From assembly GCA_964016885.1 (NCBI GenBank), contig OZ024742.1:338706001-338770000 (forward strand): a stretch of DNA of 64,000 bases. The letters run 5' to 3'. Position 1 is the first letter of the stretch. Every line of letters begins with the position of its first letter. The notes beneath the pieces are model-generated. The model was not told the origin of the DNA and searched no databases. It worked only from the letters and a program-made list of their open reading frames with translations. This document shows, one piece after another, positions 12,861-28,069 of this stretch. Source of the DNA: Eledone cirrhosa. Lineage: Eukaryota. A program made the position numbers and the translations under genes.

Positions 12861-13122
12861 TGTGACGACGGCGTCCCTGCAAACTCATCAGGATCAAAGA
12901 AAGACAAATCAACGTGAAAGCTTCTAGTGAAGCGAATCTGCAACTCAGATTTGATTATCAGAGGCTGTAATGCATCAATTTCACTTATACTGCTAATACC
13001 ATTGGAGAAAATACAAATACTGTATCATGATGTAATTTCCGTTAGTTGATGGAGCCAGTGAGACTGGTGGATCAGTCATTAGTCGAGGTTGATCCACGAA
13101 ATACATACATACATATATACAT

Positions 13123-13733
13123 AGTGGCTGCCAACTCGTTTTCGAGTACGGCCACTACTTTATATCCATGTAGGAGAACCCCTACTGATGCGCTGAACGA
13201 GTGTGACTTTTTAGTCCAGCCAGCGACTTGAAAACTCTGGTACAAACACTACACTTGTGACAGTTATTGACACATAGTGCTGGGCCCATGTTACCATGTG
13301 ACGACAAGTGCAGAGAAATCTCCAGATATAAAACAATGCCTGTGCCGTGAAGCTTTTATAGTGAGCAAAGGCACTGCACAAAGCCAGTCCCACTCTCTTA
13401 ACCAAGATGATATTTACCAAAAAGAAGAACAAGTCAACATCATTGGATAGCATCAGGGTTGCAGGTGTTATATCAGAGTTTTCCTTCTCCTAGAATTCTG
13501 CCTTGACAAAGGCTAAGGGGTCATCTCTCCCGGTGATTTTGGATGGCCATTGACTCTTAAGAGCTCCTTTGCCCTTTGACAGGTTTTGTTTTTAGTCCTG
13601 CAGGATGTCCAAAGTCACCCTCCTCACCAAGAAACCTTGGTGGGGTTGCCAGTTTAGTCGCCAATGACCCGACCATGACACAGGCTGTACTGGGATACAT
13701 GTTACCAGTAGCACCAACTGGTGACCTGACATA
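13123..13733 (-). mobile_element. ~610-bp non-autonomous RTE-related element, copy 1
   Basis: Near-identical to 15019-15548 and 34529-35141. Its 3' end GGCCGTACTCGAAAACGAGTTGGCAGCCAC+(TATG)n matches the RTE LINE 3' end at 37249-37283. Flanked by (CATA)n on both sides. Confidence 0.85.
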
Positions 13734-13788
13734 ATATACATACATACATACATACATACATACATACATACATACATACATACATACA

Positions 13789-13819
<31 letters not shown>

Positions 13820-13937
13820 TATTTTTAGCATTTTTTTAAACATGGCGGTGTCCATCCTTCTCCAGGTTGAAACAGAGAAGTAGAAAGGAACAAAGGAGGA
13901 GGTGGTGGTGGTGGGGTGGAGAAATATAGAGGGAGAA

Positions 13938-14944
13938 CGAAATCCGAGCGATTGATGTTAGGACTCGAAAAATACTAAACAACACCGGAAACTTCCACAT
14001 CAACAGTAACATAGATCGCCTCTACTTGAAACGTAACTTTGAAGGATACGCTTTTGAAATCCAAGAACAGGAAATCAACACGAAATACTTGATTCACAAA
14101 AGAGATAGGGGTGCAGGCAAAACACCTAGAATTAACATCGAAGATATCACCCATGTCTTAAGCAGCTGTGCAAAGATGTTATCGCGGTACTATCTTTCTA
14201 TCAGGCATGATGTAGTGGCCAAAACACTGTACTATGCAATCCGTAGAAAAGATAGCCCCGATAATAAACACATTAAAAACTATAGCAATGTGGAAGACAT
14301 ATACATAGTATGAAAGAGTACTGGTGGAATGTTCCAGTAAAAACCCCAATAAAATGCAAGCATAACAGACCAGATATAATGATATGGAACAGGGAAAAGA
14401 AAGTATGCACAGTAGTGGAAGTTAGCTGCCCAGAAGATGCCAATATAATATCAAAGATTATCGAAAAGGAGAATAGACTATGCAGAACTAATGATAAATC
14501 TACAGATACTCCTCCCTGATTATACCTTCAGATTTATACCTGTGATTATTGGGGTACTGGGATGTGTTAGTAACCGCCTCAATACAAATATTGAGAAGCT
14601 GGGCTTCACAGGAACAGAAAGAACACAACTAGTTAGGAAATTACAAGTACAATCCATTAATGGAACAGTAAAAATATTTAAAACATTCCAAAAATTCTGC
14701 ATCTAATAACTGCATATACACACGTACAGATACAAAGCGTATACACATGCACACATACAACTCAAAACATCCACATCCACACATACAATAACATTTATAC
14801 CTACACATGCATGCATGTAGACATGCATACATATCTACTTAGTTGATGTTGTGTAAATTCCAATGAGAGAGTCTTGTGTCTATGTTAGAAACCGACTCTC
14901 TCTCTTTATTGGTAAAAATTTGTGAAATTATAAAACCAGAAGAA
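13938..14944 (+). mobile_element. R4/Dong LINE 3' fragment (restriction-like endonuclease domain and 3'UTR), internally deleted
   Basis: FEIQEQEINTKY, RHDVVAK, HNRPDIMIW..VVEVSCP (PD..E motif). Ends CCAGAAGAA|(CATA)n. Confidence 0.9.
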
Positions 14945-15018
14945 CATACATACATACATACATACATACATACATACATACATACATACATACATACATA
15001 CATACATACATACATACA

Positions 15019-15548
15019 TGGTGGCTGCCAACTCGTTTTCGAGTACGGCCACTACTTTATATCCATGTAGGAGAACCCCTACCGATGCGCTGAATGAGTG
15101 TGACTTTTTAGTCCAGCCAGCGACTTGAAAACTCTGGTACAAACACTACACTTGTGACAGTTATTGACACATAGTGCTGGGCCCATGGTACCATGTGACG
15201 ACAAGTGCAGAGAGATCCCCAGATATAAAGCAATGCCTGTGCCGTGAAGCTTTTATAGTGAGCAAAGGCTCTGCACAAAGCCAGTCCCACTCTCTTAGCC
15301 AAGATGATATTTACCAAAAAGAATAACAAGTCAACATCATTGGATACCATCAGGGTTGCAGGTATTATATCAGAGTTTTCCTTCTAGAATTCTGCCTTGA
15401 CAAAGGCTAAGGGGTCATCTCTCCCGGTGATTTTGGATGGCCATTGACTCTTAAGAGCTCCTTTGCCCTTTGACAGGTTTTGTTTTTAGTCCTGCAGGAT
15501 GTCCAAAGCCACCCTCCTCACCAAGAAACCTTGGTGAGGAGGGTGACA
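15019..15548 (-). mobile_element. Non-autonomous RTE-related element, copy 2 (5'-truncated)
   Basis: Homology to 13123-13733. (CATA)n on both flanks. Confidence 0.85.
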
Positions 15549-15675
15549 TACATACATACATACATACATACATACATACATACATACATACATACATACA
15601 TACATACATACATACATACATACACAAGGCAATTTGAAAGGGAAGAGGAAAGTCGACAACGTTGACCCCAGTGCG

Positions 15676-16470
15676 TTTCTTCTTCTTCTTCTTCTTCTTC
15701 TTCTTCTTCTTCTTCTTCTTCTTCTTCTTCTTCTTCTTCTTCTTCTTCTTCTTCTTCTTCTTCTTCTTCTTCTTCTTCGCCCACTTATTCCGCAGAAGGT
15801 CGTGGGGGCAGAATCCTCAAACACTCCCTCCAGCAGGTCCTGTTAGAAGCAACCATCTCTAACTGATCCGACTGAATCCCCAAGCAAGACCAGCCAAGCT
15901 CATTGATGTTATCCAACCATCTTGCTGTCGGTCTTCCCCTGGGTCTCCTGCCGGTTGGTTTTGCCCGTAAAATCTGTCCAGCGATTTTTTCCTGAGACAT
16001 TCTAACCACATGCCCATAGTATCGGATCTGTGATCTCCCAATTCGAAGAAGTAGCGGCTCTACCTGGAGTGATTCATTGATCTCCAAGCTATGCATTCTA
16101 TCGAGTAACGTTACTCCAAAGACTCTTCGGAGGAGCCCCATTCCGGCCACTTGTATTCGCAATCTTTTGGTCATTATCCAAGATCATAGGTAAGAGTTGG
16201 CACGAATACTGAATTGAAGATAGCCAGTTTCGCTTTTACACCTACCTCCTTTCTTCTGATTATCGAATGCTGAAGCTGGCACATTACTGCACCAGCTCCT
16301 GCAATTCTTGCACATAATTCAGCCTCCTGCCTTCCATCTCTCGTGAACACGGCGCCGAGATCTTTCAACCTCTCCACCTGCTTCAATGGAACTCTATGCA
16401 TATGTAGAATGCACTGTGCAGGTTTCATTGAGAGGACGAGTGTCTCAGTTTTCGCAGCACTGATTTTCAT
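15676..16470 (-). mobile_element. RTE (Expander/Rex3-like) LINE 3' fragment with (GAA)n tail
   Basis: ORFs 16174-16470 (KTETLV..LGAVFTRDG..KAKLAIFNSVFVPTLTY) and 15785-16174 (YYGHVVRM..GRRPRGRPTARWLD). (CTT)n at 15676-15778 is the tail. Confidence 0.85.
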
Positions 16471-16479
16471 TTAGCCCAG

Positions 16480-16600
16480 AGCGTTACTGGTACTTTTATT
16501 TTATCGACTCAGTAAGGATAAAAGGCAAAGCTAACCACGGTGAGATTTGAACTCAGGACTTAAAGGGCAGTAATACATGCCGCAAAACATGTTGTCAGAT
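16480..16600 (-). mobile_element. Meta/Deu-like SINE fragment
   Basis: Reverse complement of the GAGTTCAAAT..TTTGCCTTT..GTCGATAAAATAAAAGTACCAG core. Confidence 0.65.
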
Positions 16601-17265
16601 ACCCCACGAACCCCCGTGTAAAAGATCAGGTTATAATACAATAGTATTAATAACCGACATTGCTGTGAAAAGAGATGACTCAGTCATTCAACAACTTCTT
16701 GGAATAGAATAACAATTCTGCATAAATATTATATTTGAAACGCAACATTTATATTCTGTGACCGCATGTCTATGTGTGTGTGTGAGTGTGTGTGTGCCTG
16801 TATGTATGTATGTATGTATGTATGTATGTATGTATGTATGTATGTGCGCGCGCGCACGCACGTGTGTGTATGTGTGTGTGTGTCTATGTGTGTGCGTATG
16901 AGTGGGTGTTTGCATTTAAATCTGTTTTCTTGCTTTCATCCTTTAACATAGTGGTTTTCGGCAAATAGAGATCGATAAAATAAGTACTAGGATCTATATA
17001 TATACATACAAACCAACTTCCTGTCACATGGCATCATGTCGTTAGATTATATGGTTTGGTGGTAGTGGTGGGGTTATATATTGTCTCAATGGTTCGTTTA
17101 TAGTTCAGGATACTTAACGAAAAGGTGGTGCATGGCCTATTACGTAATGGGTCTTTGTAGATAATAATAGTTTTATTACACAGAAACTACGTAATATGAG
17201 CTGCAGCTTGATAACGTCCATCTTCCTCCAAAACTTTACTATTTTGGTATTGAATACCCCTTTCT

Positions 17266-17299
<34 letters not shown>

Positions 17300-17303
<4 letters not shown>

Positions 17304-17487
17304 AAAATGTTCAATACCCCGACGGCAGAGCTCAAGCCGTTTCGACGACTATTTCTGGACTCAGAAGTCCAGAAATAGCCGTTGGGGTCTTGAACATTTT
17401 CCTATTACCCACTCTACTACCCTAAGTATTGAGTACTCTGGTGCGTTATGGTCCATCTGGTTCCTTACCACACCTCGTTCGTTATAT
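17300..17487 (+). mobile_element. PLE-derived foldback mini-element (family G) next to (TA)n
   Basis: Inverted arm starting at (TA)n|AGGAAAATG, then forward arm plus tail TATTACCCACTCTACTACCC...CGTTA. Further copies at 18268, 23700, 25872, 48503, 61639, 63765. Confidence 0.8.
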
Positions 17488-17500
17488 ATGTACACACACA

Positions 17501-17607
<107 letters not shown>

Positions 17608-17627
17608 TTAGGTAAGTTATTCCGGGT

Positions 17628-18269
<642 letters not shown>

Positions 18270-18489
18270 GGAACGAGTAGGACCCCGACGGCTGAGCTCA
18301 AGCCGTTTCGACGGCTAATTCTGGACTGGTTCAGACTATGGTCCACCTGGTTTTTTACCACATTTCCTTCGTTATATATATATATATATACATACATATA
18401 TACAAATATATATATATATATATACATACATATATACAAATATATATATACACACATATATACATATATATATATACATATATATATAT

Positions 18490-19424
18490 ATAAATGGAAT
18501 AGGATGAAACGAAATTTCATTTCTCACTCTTAGTACGGCACTTACTTAAATGTAAGTATGTATGTATACGTACATACATATTTGTATACAGATGTACAGT
18601 AGTATGTATATATATATACATACATGCACACATATATACATGCACGTATCGGTTTACCGAACATTTATTATAATGCTCGGTTTGTTTGTTTGTAAACAAA
18701 CAGCCCGAATTACGCCGTACAGTGTTTAGGCAACACGTCACCTTTTTGTTCAACACTGACACAGGAACGATGTACTAGTTTCAAGCTTATTAGCTATTGT
18801 CAGCACCGTATACCTTCCTGCCAGATGGTTGAACGTCTGAAAGTATATACTTTCCTTATGCATATTAACGGCTGAGCAGCCTAATTTGCATATCGAGTGA
18901 GTTTAGTCGGCCGGGCGCACCGAAAACGATAAATGGAATAGAATGAAACGAAATTTCATTTCTCACTCTTAGTACGGCAGTTACTTAAATGTAAGTAAGT
19001 ATGTATGTATACGTACATACATATATGTATACAGACGTACAGTAGTATGTATATATATACATACATGCACACATATATATATGTACGTATCGGTTTACCG
19101 AACATTTATTATAATGGTCGGTTTGTTTGTAAACAAACAAACAGCCCGAATTACACCGTACAGTGGTTAGGCAACCACGTCACCTTTTTGTCCAACACTG
19201 ACACAGGAACGATGTACTAGTTTCAACAAAAAGGTGATGTGTTGCCTAAACACTGTACGGCGTAATTCGGGCTGTTTGTTTGTTTACAAACAAACAAACC
19301 GAGCATTATAATAAATGTTCGGTAAACCGATACGTGCATATATATATGTGTGCATGTATCTATATATATACGTACTACTGTACGTCTGTATACATATATG
19401 TATGTACGTATACAAACATACATA

Positions 19425-19430
<6 letters not shown>
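18490..19430 (-). mobile_element. Family F hammerhead-bearing ~440-bp unit: 1.7 tandem copies plus inverted arm
   Basis: 18490-18930 is repeated head-to-tail at 18930-19222 and then inverted at 19223-19430. Other copies at 25270-25820, 27487-27865 and 54125-54480. Confidence 0.85.
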
Positions 19431-19472
<42 letters not shown>

Positions 19473-19511
19473 CACATACACATACATATACATATATACA
19501 CATACATACAC

Positions 19512-19591
<80 letters not shown>

Positions 19592-19699
19592 TCAGGTTAT
19601 CAATAATGTAGTGATAATATATCGTCACGTTAGAGATGAACAGCGTACGTGTAGGTTTGCTCAGCAAGTATAAATTATATTCCGGAGAATACAACCCAT

Positions 19700-20804
19700 C
19701 CATGCCAATACAACAACGCAAAATTATAACTGTAACTGTGTCCAACCAGGAATGTGTCCGTTGAACAATCAGTGTCTTGAATGCAACATCATATACAAAT
19801 GTACTATCGAATCGGATAGCCAGAAGTGGTACTATGTGGGGTCTACAGCTAACTCCTTCAAATCTCGCCTTTATAGACATCGTTACTCGATAAAACATGA
19901 AAATCAACGTTATGTAACAACACTCGCAGACTATGCTTGGCAGCTGCGCGAAAATAACCAACAATTTAACCTAAAATGAGATATAATAGTGTTTGCCCCT
20001 GTATTATCCCACGGACAGGAATTTTGTAAATTGTGTAATATGGAATTATTTTGTATTATGAAATCCAAAAATATTTTATTAAATAACAGAATAGAGCGAT
20101 CGTTATACTGTAACCATCGCTTGAAATCTACATTTTCATATTACAAACACTACCAGGATTGAACGCCTGTCTCCATCTCCGTTTGATTGTCAAAATACAT
20201 ATTAACATTCTCTATTAGTCTTAATTCTATCAACTCTTCTATTCTTTACCATTTAATATAAACTGCTATAGATAAAATGAGATTTCTTAATTCAATTCCC
20301 TAATGCATATACCAGCAGGCTACCAGCTTTGTTGTTATACAGTAGCAGTGAAAATCTCCCTCTTCCTTAATTGACACTTTATATCTATTAATACTACTAC
20401 ACCAAACGACCAGCCCTGTCCATTGTTCAATTGGTCAAGTATAGATTAAAATAGGCACTCCCAAAAATTCTTATTTAGATAAAATAAGCCATATACACAT
20501 TGTATTCTCATTAGAAACTTTTATATACTTGTTTACCAGTAAATTGAATTGCCATCTGTCATATACTATCCCCTCTCTTCTTCCTTTATTACAACTAATA
20601 TAAATACTTCAATTTTTCTGATTTTTTCCAATTTATCCAATATCTCTGAAGAAGTGACAACTGATTATACATTTGCTATCGAATACTTGGTAACATTATA
20701 TGATTACGCAAGCAGCGATACATAGGTATTCCGTCTGTTACAGAAACATATGTCAATACCTAATAAATTCCTTTATAAAAGCACTTTCATTTTATATTCA
20801 TCTT

Positions 20805-20810
<6 letters not shown>
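19700..20810 (+). mobile_element. PLE 3' fragment: GIY-YIG endonuclease (Hydra-clade-like) and 3'UTR/pLTR
   Basis: CNCVQPGMCPLNNQCLECNIIYKC..YYVGST..FKSRLYRH..CKLCNMEL..LLNNR..CNHR, with one W-to-TGA stop. CTGAAGA...GAAAC at ~20646-20747. Ends in (TA)n. Confidence 0.85.
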
Positions 20811-20897
<87 letters not shown>

Positions 20898-20900
20898 CAA

Positions 20901-20933
<33 letters not shown>

Positions 20934-21434
20934 AAGAAAAAGGGATGAAATCGAAAATGCAGCTGAAGTCTTATTTTTTTAAAAAATATATATATTTATT
21001 TGGTTCCTTTACCGGTTTCGCAGTTCTTCTGCTTTTCAAAAGGTGAGTTGAGATGGAGGGTCTGTCGTTTTTCTCACATCTGGTTGGTCTCTAAATGTTA
21101 CTTGTTTTATATGGAAAAAGTGGCTCGAAAACCAGGTTTTTCGAGAAGTAATTTGATTGGTTTGTCAATAATTATAATAAATTTCGCGCCAGTTCGCGTT
21201 ACAATAGTTCTTCAAATAAGAGAGAGGGGGGGGGGGGGGGGGGTTGTCACAGGTTGTTTTTTTCATATATGAGTGTTTGAATTTCTTTTTACTTGAAAAA
21301 ATGAGGCTCACGAAGGCTTTTTTTTGGTTGGTTATAAATGAAATTTGGCTGTCACGTGAACAAGTTTTCATTACATTTTTGCGCCCTTATTTGAAAAACT
21401 ATTCTGTAGTCTTTATAGTGAATGTTATGACAAT

Positions 21435-22425
21435 AATAAACGGCATCAATAACCACATCCAATTCACAATGGAATACAGCCAAGATCAACTCCCATTTCT
21501 GGACATCTTAATCACAAAAAAAGACACAAATATCGAAACTGACATACACTACAAACCAACAGATTCCAAACAATATCTGCTATTCACCTCCAACCATCCA
21601 AAGCACACGAAGACGAACATTCCTTTTAACCTAGCAAGAAGAATTTGCACAATTGTCTCCAATTACGAAACGCGAAATAAAAGACTTCAAGAATTAAAGG
21701 AAATTCTACTTGAGAGAGAGTACCCACTATTACTAATAAATAATGGAATAGAAAGGGCTAAAGCAATAGGCATTGATGAATTACGGAAACAGAAACAAAT
21801 TCAAGGTACGTCCAATATTCTATCATATATCTCAACACACAACCCAAGAAATGCGGAAGCTTACAACACTATTCACAATAACATCCCACTACTAAAACAA
21901 AACCCAAGAATGAAAAAAGCCCTTGAAACACACAAAATAATCAAAAGCAAAAGACAACCAAAATCACTGAAAACATTACTCACCAATGCCAAATTACCTA
22001 CCACAAACCCACAACCAAGTATCAAAAAATGTGGTCGCTCTAATTGTGGAACCTGCACTCACCTCATTGAAGGCAACACGTATACATTTAAATCAGGACA
22101 AAATTTTACTGTAAAAAATCACTTCACTTGCTCATCAAAAAATCTAATTTATGCCATTAAATGTAAAGGATGCAATGAAGATTATATAGGACAAACTAAA
22201 CTCACACTCAGAAACAGAATGACAGTTCATCGCCAACAATTACGAGATCTAACCACGAGACAGATACCACTAAGTGCACATCTAGACATTTGCGCAAGTA
22301 ATAAGACACCCAAATTCCAAGTCTTCCCATTTTACCTTTGCGCTAACAATACAACAGAACAAATGCGAATAAATAAGGAAAATATGTTTATTCAAAAATA
22401 TAGACCAACATTAAATAAGGTTTAA
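21435..22425 (+). CDS. PLE RT C-terminus/thumb plus GIY-YIG endonuclease (partial; the first ~63 aa of the ORF-track protein come from the inverted pLTR)
   Basis: IQFTME..LPFLDILI..TDIHYKPTDSKQYL..SNHP; CGRSNCGTC; FTCSSKNLIYAIKCKGC..YIGQT..RMTVHR. Confidence 0.9.
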
Positions 22426-22903
22426 TATACATTATGTCAACACCACAATATGACATACACACACACACATAACACCTTCTACTTTAGAAAATAAAAACCC
22501 GAACTAAATAAACCTTAAACATACGTTTGCACTGGCAATACAACAGCAAACACGAAAAAGTCAGGAAAGTTCATTCAAAAATATTCCTACTAAAGGAATC
22601 ATTTTCCTACACACACACATACACACACACACGATATATATATATATATATATTCTCTTCATCTTAACATGCTAACCATACTCCCACACACATAACACCC
22701 ATACACACACATAACAACCCCCACACCTACAACACCCTCCCCATTTCTACTAATAGAACCACTTTCCTACACACATATATATATACACACACACAAAATA
22801 TATATTCTCTCTATCTAACATACTCGCACACACACACATAACACCCATATACACACACACACAACTCCCTCCCCCATCTCTACTAATAGAATCATCTTCC
22901 AAT

Positions 22904-22940
<37 letters not shown>

Positions 22941-23450
22941 AGCACACAAATAAACACATATCTTCAGTCTCAATAGAAAATCTGAACTCTGACACCTGAA
23001 CTCTGACAGCTGGCCATATTCACTGAACCAGAACATTTCTCCCAATCCCTTTTCCCTTGACCACTATCTCTCCATTGTCATAACATTCACTATAAAGACT
23101 ACAGAATAGTTTTTCAAATAAGGGCGCAAAAATGTAATGAAAACTTGTTCACGTGACAGCCAAATTTCATTTATAACCAACCCAAAAAAACCTTCGTGAG
23201 CCTCATTTTTTCAAGTAAAAAGAAATTCAAACACTCATATATGAAAAAAACAACCTGTGACAACCCCCCCTCTCTTATTTGAAGAACTATTGTAACGCGA
23301 ACTGGCGCGAAATTTATTATAATTATTGACAAACCAATCAAATTACTTCTCGAAAAACCTGGTTTTCGAGCCACTTTTTCCATATAAAACAAGTAACATT
23401 TAGAGACCAACCAGATGTGAGAAAAACCACAGACCCTCCATCTCAACTCA

Positions 23451-23488
23451 CCTTTTGAAAAGCAGAAGAACTGCGAAACCGGTAAAGG
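23451..23488 (+). ncRNA. Minimal type I hammerhead ribozyme, U3-A8 variant (mirror copy at ~21005-21042, minus)
   Basis: CCTT-TTGAAAA-GCAG aagaa CTGC-GAAA-CCGG-TA-AAGG. Stem I CCTT/AAGG, palindromic stem III ACCGGT, GUA cleavage site. Confidence 0.75.
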
Positions 23489-23619
23489 AACCAAATAAAT
23501 ATATATATTTAAAAAAAAAATAAGACTTCAGCTGCATTTTCGATTTCATCCCTTTTTCTTTATACTTCCACTCGTGTAGGACACCTCGGTTATTTTTCAT
23601 TTTGTAAAAAAAACCTCAC

Positions 23620-23699
<80 letters not shown>

Positions 23700-23702
<3 letters not shown>

Positions 23703-25186
23703 AACCAGTAAGACCCCGACAGCTGAGCTCAAGCCGTTTCGACGGCTAATTCTGGACTAAATGAAAATTTATCCTGGTATTTAAATAGCCGATCTTCTCA
23801 AGGGGTAATTCCAAATATGGTCAAAGTGATTGTCAAAAATCAGTAGTAATTCTGTGGTTGCAAATTAGTAGGGGAGATGGTGGCTAAACCTGCCAGTAGG
23901 AGAAAGAGGGGAGGGGGTGGAGTAGCCCCAATCAAGCGTTTGTAGTGCCAGCTACAGCTGGGCATGAGGTCAAAGAAGATACAGGGGAGGGGGAGGGGGA
24001 GGAAGTCGGAACGGTAGGTAGAACAATGGGGGGTAGAAATATATAGGAAAGAAAAAATACTGAGAGTGAAGAAAAGCAAATAAGTGTAAAGAAAAACAAA
24101 TGAGTGTAAAGAAAAAAGTAAAGTAAATTAAATTCTACGACCTAGGTCTCTAGCTATTGTTAGTCTAGAATAAATAAATAAATAAAGAAAGAAAGAAGTA
24201 AAGAAAGAAATAAAGAAATAACGAAATAAGTAAAAGAACTAGGTGGGACGGATTAGGCGAGGACCCTTTTAAGAGGTATAAGTACGTAAATGATACAGTG
24301 ACGGGTCAACAAAAGGGGCCAAAATACTAAAGAGACTACCACGAAATAAACAATAAAGGTTTCCATCCGGGCACAATTCAAGCAACCACCCAGTGCAGCA
24401 AAGTGAACTAATACGAGATAATAATTCTGAGTCCCGAGAAAAATATATACTAATGCTAACTCTAAAAGATCTAAAACAAGCTACATGAAAGTTCGTACGA
24501 AGTAAAGGTAGAATACGGAAGAATAAATTCAGAATCCACCCCGCCCAAAAGAAAAGCGAAGAAAGAAATACTGAAACGAAAAAATAAGGCATAAGTGCCA
24601 CTAAGAAATATAGAGGGCACAGAGAATAGTGGGAGCGGTCGGAAAAAGGGGACAAGTATCCGGGGTCTAAACCAACTGCTATAAAGGGCGGAGTCCACCA
24701 AATCTATCCTAGACTAGGGGAGGGGGTGGGGGTACTAAGGCTACAAGGGGCCAAAGGGCAGCCTCGGGTGGGCGAGAAAAGACGTTCTACCTACCGTTCC
24801 GACTTCCTCCCCCTCCACCTCCCCTGTATCTTCTTTGACCTCATGCCCAGCTGTAGCTGGCACTACAAACGCTTGATTGGGGTTACTCCACCCCCTCCCC
24901 TCTTTCTCCTACTGGCAGGTTTAGCCACCATCTCCTCTACTAATTTGCAACCACAGAATTACTACTGATTTTTGACAATCACTTTGACCATATATGGAAT
25001 TACCCCTTGAGAAGATCGGCTATTTAAATACCAGGATAAATTTTCATTTAGTCCAGAATTAGCCGTCGAAACGGCTTGAGCTCAGCTGTCGGGGTCTTAC
25101 TGGTTCCTATTACCCACTCTACTACCTCAAGTATTGAGTACTTTGGTGCGTTATGGTCCACCTGGTTCCTTACCACATTTCCTTCG

Positions 25187-25190
<4 letters not shown>
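23700..25190 (+). mobile_element. Family G PLE-derived foldback, longest copy (23700-24022 mirrors 24785-25108)
   Basis: About 320-bp inverted repeat, ~80-bp tail, (TA)n flanks, no coding capacity. Confidence 0.85.
25002..25095 (+). ncRNA. Type I hammerhead ribozyme, U3-A8 variant with extended stem II
   Basis: Stem I ACCCC/GGGGT; core TTGAGAA; stem II GA(T)CGGCTA...TAGCCGTC; GAAA; stem III ACGGC..GCTGT; GUC cleavage site. Confidence 0.8.
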
Positions 25191-25269
<79 letters not shown>

Positions 25270-25651
25270 CATACAGGTACACATACATATATGCACGTAT
25301 CAGTTTAACGGACGCTTATTATAACGCCGCTTTGTTCGTTTGTAAACAAACTGAACAGCCTGAATTTTTATGCCGTACGGTGTTAAGGCAACCACGTCAC
25401 CTTTTTGTTCAACACTGTTTATTTTATTCAACTATCTGGCAGAAGGGTATACGGTGCTGATGATAGCTAACAAGCTTGAAACTAGTACATCGTTCCTGTG
25501 TCAGTGTTGAACAAAAAGGTGACGTGGTTGCCTTAACACCGTACGGCATAAAAATTCAGGCTTTTCAGTTTGTTTACAAACGAACAAAGCGGCGTTATAA
25601 TAAGCGTCCGCTAAACTGATACGTACATATATGTATGTGTACCTGTATGTA

Positions 25652-25709
<58 letters not shown>

Positions 25710-25820
25710 TGCTACTGTACGTCTGTATACATATATGTATGTACGTATACACACATACTTACATTTAAGTAAGTGCCGTACTAAGAGTGAGAAATGAAAT
25801 TTCGTTTTCATTTTATTTCA
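25270..25820 (+). mobile_element. Family F unit with inverted 5' arm
   Basis: 25270-25417 mirrors part of 25500-25650. Contains an intact hammerhead. Confidence 0.8.
25451..25493 (+). ncRNA. Minimal type I hammerhead ribozyme (family F)
   Basis: ACGGTG-CTGATGA-TAGCT aaca AGCTT-GAAA-CTAG-TA-CATCGT. Confidence 0.85.
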
Positions 25821-25840
25821 ACTTATATATATATATATAT

Positions 25841-25873
<33 letters not shown>

Positions 25874-26021
25874 ACGAAGGAAATGTGGTAAGGAACCAGG
25901 TGGACCATAACGCACCAAAGTACTCAATACTTAGGGTAGTAGAGTGGGTAATAGGAACAAGTAAGACCCCGACGGCTGAGCTCAAGCCGTTTCGACGGCT
26001 AATACACATACATATACACAT

Positions 26022-26148
<127 letters not shown>

Positions 26149-26306
26149 TATATATATATACACACATATATATATATGTATATATGTATGTATGTGTATA
26201 TATGTGTTATATATATGTGTATGTATGTATGTTTATGTATGTTTATGTATGTATATGTATGTATATATATATATATATATATGTGTATATATATATATAT
26301 ATATTT

Positions 26307-26337
<31 letters not shown>

Positions 26338-26479
26338 TATGTGTGTGTATATATATGTGTATATGTATGTGTATATGTATGTGTGTATATATATGTGTGT
26401 ATATATGTGTATATGTATGTGTATATGTATGTGTGTATATATATATATGTGTGTGTATATATATATATATATATGTTTG

Positions 26480-26518
<39 letters not shown>

Positions 26519-26666
26519 CAAACATACATATATATACACATACATATATATATACACAAACATACATATATATATATATATACACATATATATATAACTA
26601 TATATATATGTATGTATATATGTATGTATGTGTATATATGTATATGTATGTGTATGTGTATATATA

Positions 26667-27416
<750 letters not shown>

Positions 27417-27486
27417 ATATGTATATATATATGTATATATGTGTGTATATATATATTTGTATATATGTATATATATATATATATAA

Positions 27487-27856
27487 ATTTCGTTTCATAT
27501 TTTCCGTTTATCGTTTTCGGTGCACTCGGTCGATTAACCCACTCGATATGCAAATTGGGCTACCCAGCCGTTAATATGCATAAGGTAAGTATATACGTTC
27601 AACAATCTGGCAGGAAGGTATACGTTGCTGACGATAGCTAATAAGCTTGAAACTAGTACAGCGTTCCTTTATCAGTGTTGAACAAACGAGCAACGATGGT
27701 TGCTGGATACTACGGCTTAATACGGGATGTTTGTTTACAAACACACCTAGCATTATAATAAATGTTCGGTGAATCCATACATACATGTATATATGTGTGC
27801 ATGTATGTATATATATATACATACTACTGTACGTCTGTATACATATATTTATGTAC

Positions 27857-27865
<9 letters not shown>
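27487..27865 (+). mobile_element. Family F unit, circularly permuted copy with hammerhead at 27622-27664
   Basis: Begins with the sequence that ends the other copies (AATTTCGTTTCAT), crosses the monomer junction, then reads ACGTTG-CTGACGA..GAAACTAGTA-CAGCGT. Confidence 0.8.
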
Positions 27866-27938
<73 letters not shown>

Positions 27939-28069
27939 ATGTGAATGTGTCTGTTGACACCTGGAATATAGCTTAAGAGAAATATGACAATAATGATAGA
28001 CACCCAATATTTTGAACTGGTTTATAGAATTCCCTTGGCCTTTGTCACTCTAACTTGAGCTTTAAAGAA

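Larger units (their letters stand above)
20931..23625 (+). mobile_element. 5'-truncated Penelope-like element with inverted 5' pLTR (20931-21434 mirrors 23074-23563) and tail
   Basis: About 500-bp inverted repeat. RT-thumb and GIY-YIG ORF between the arms. (TA)n on both flanks. Confidence 0.92.

Noticed and set aside
12755-13938. Inverted ~100-bp repeats as DNA transposon TIRs
   Set aside because: They are two opposite-orientation SINE tails. The left one is continuous with a SINE body, and there is no TSD.
21244-21434. Hydrophobic N-terminus of the 393-aa ORF
   Set aside because: It derives from the inverted pLTR arm and is not part of the PLE protein.
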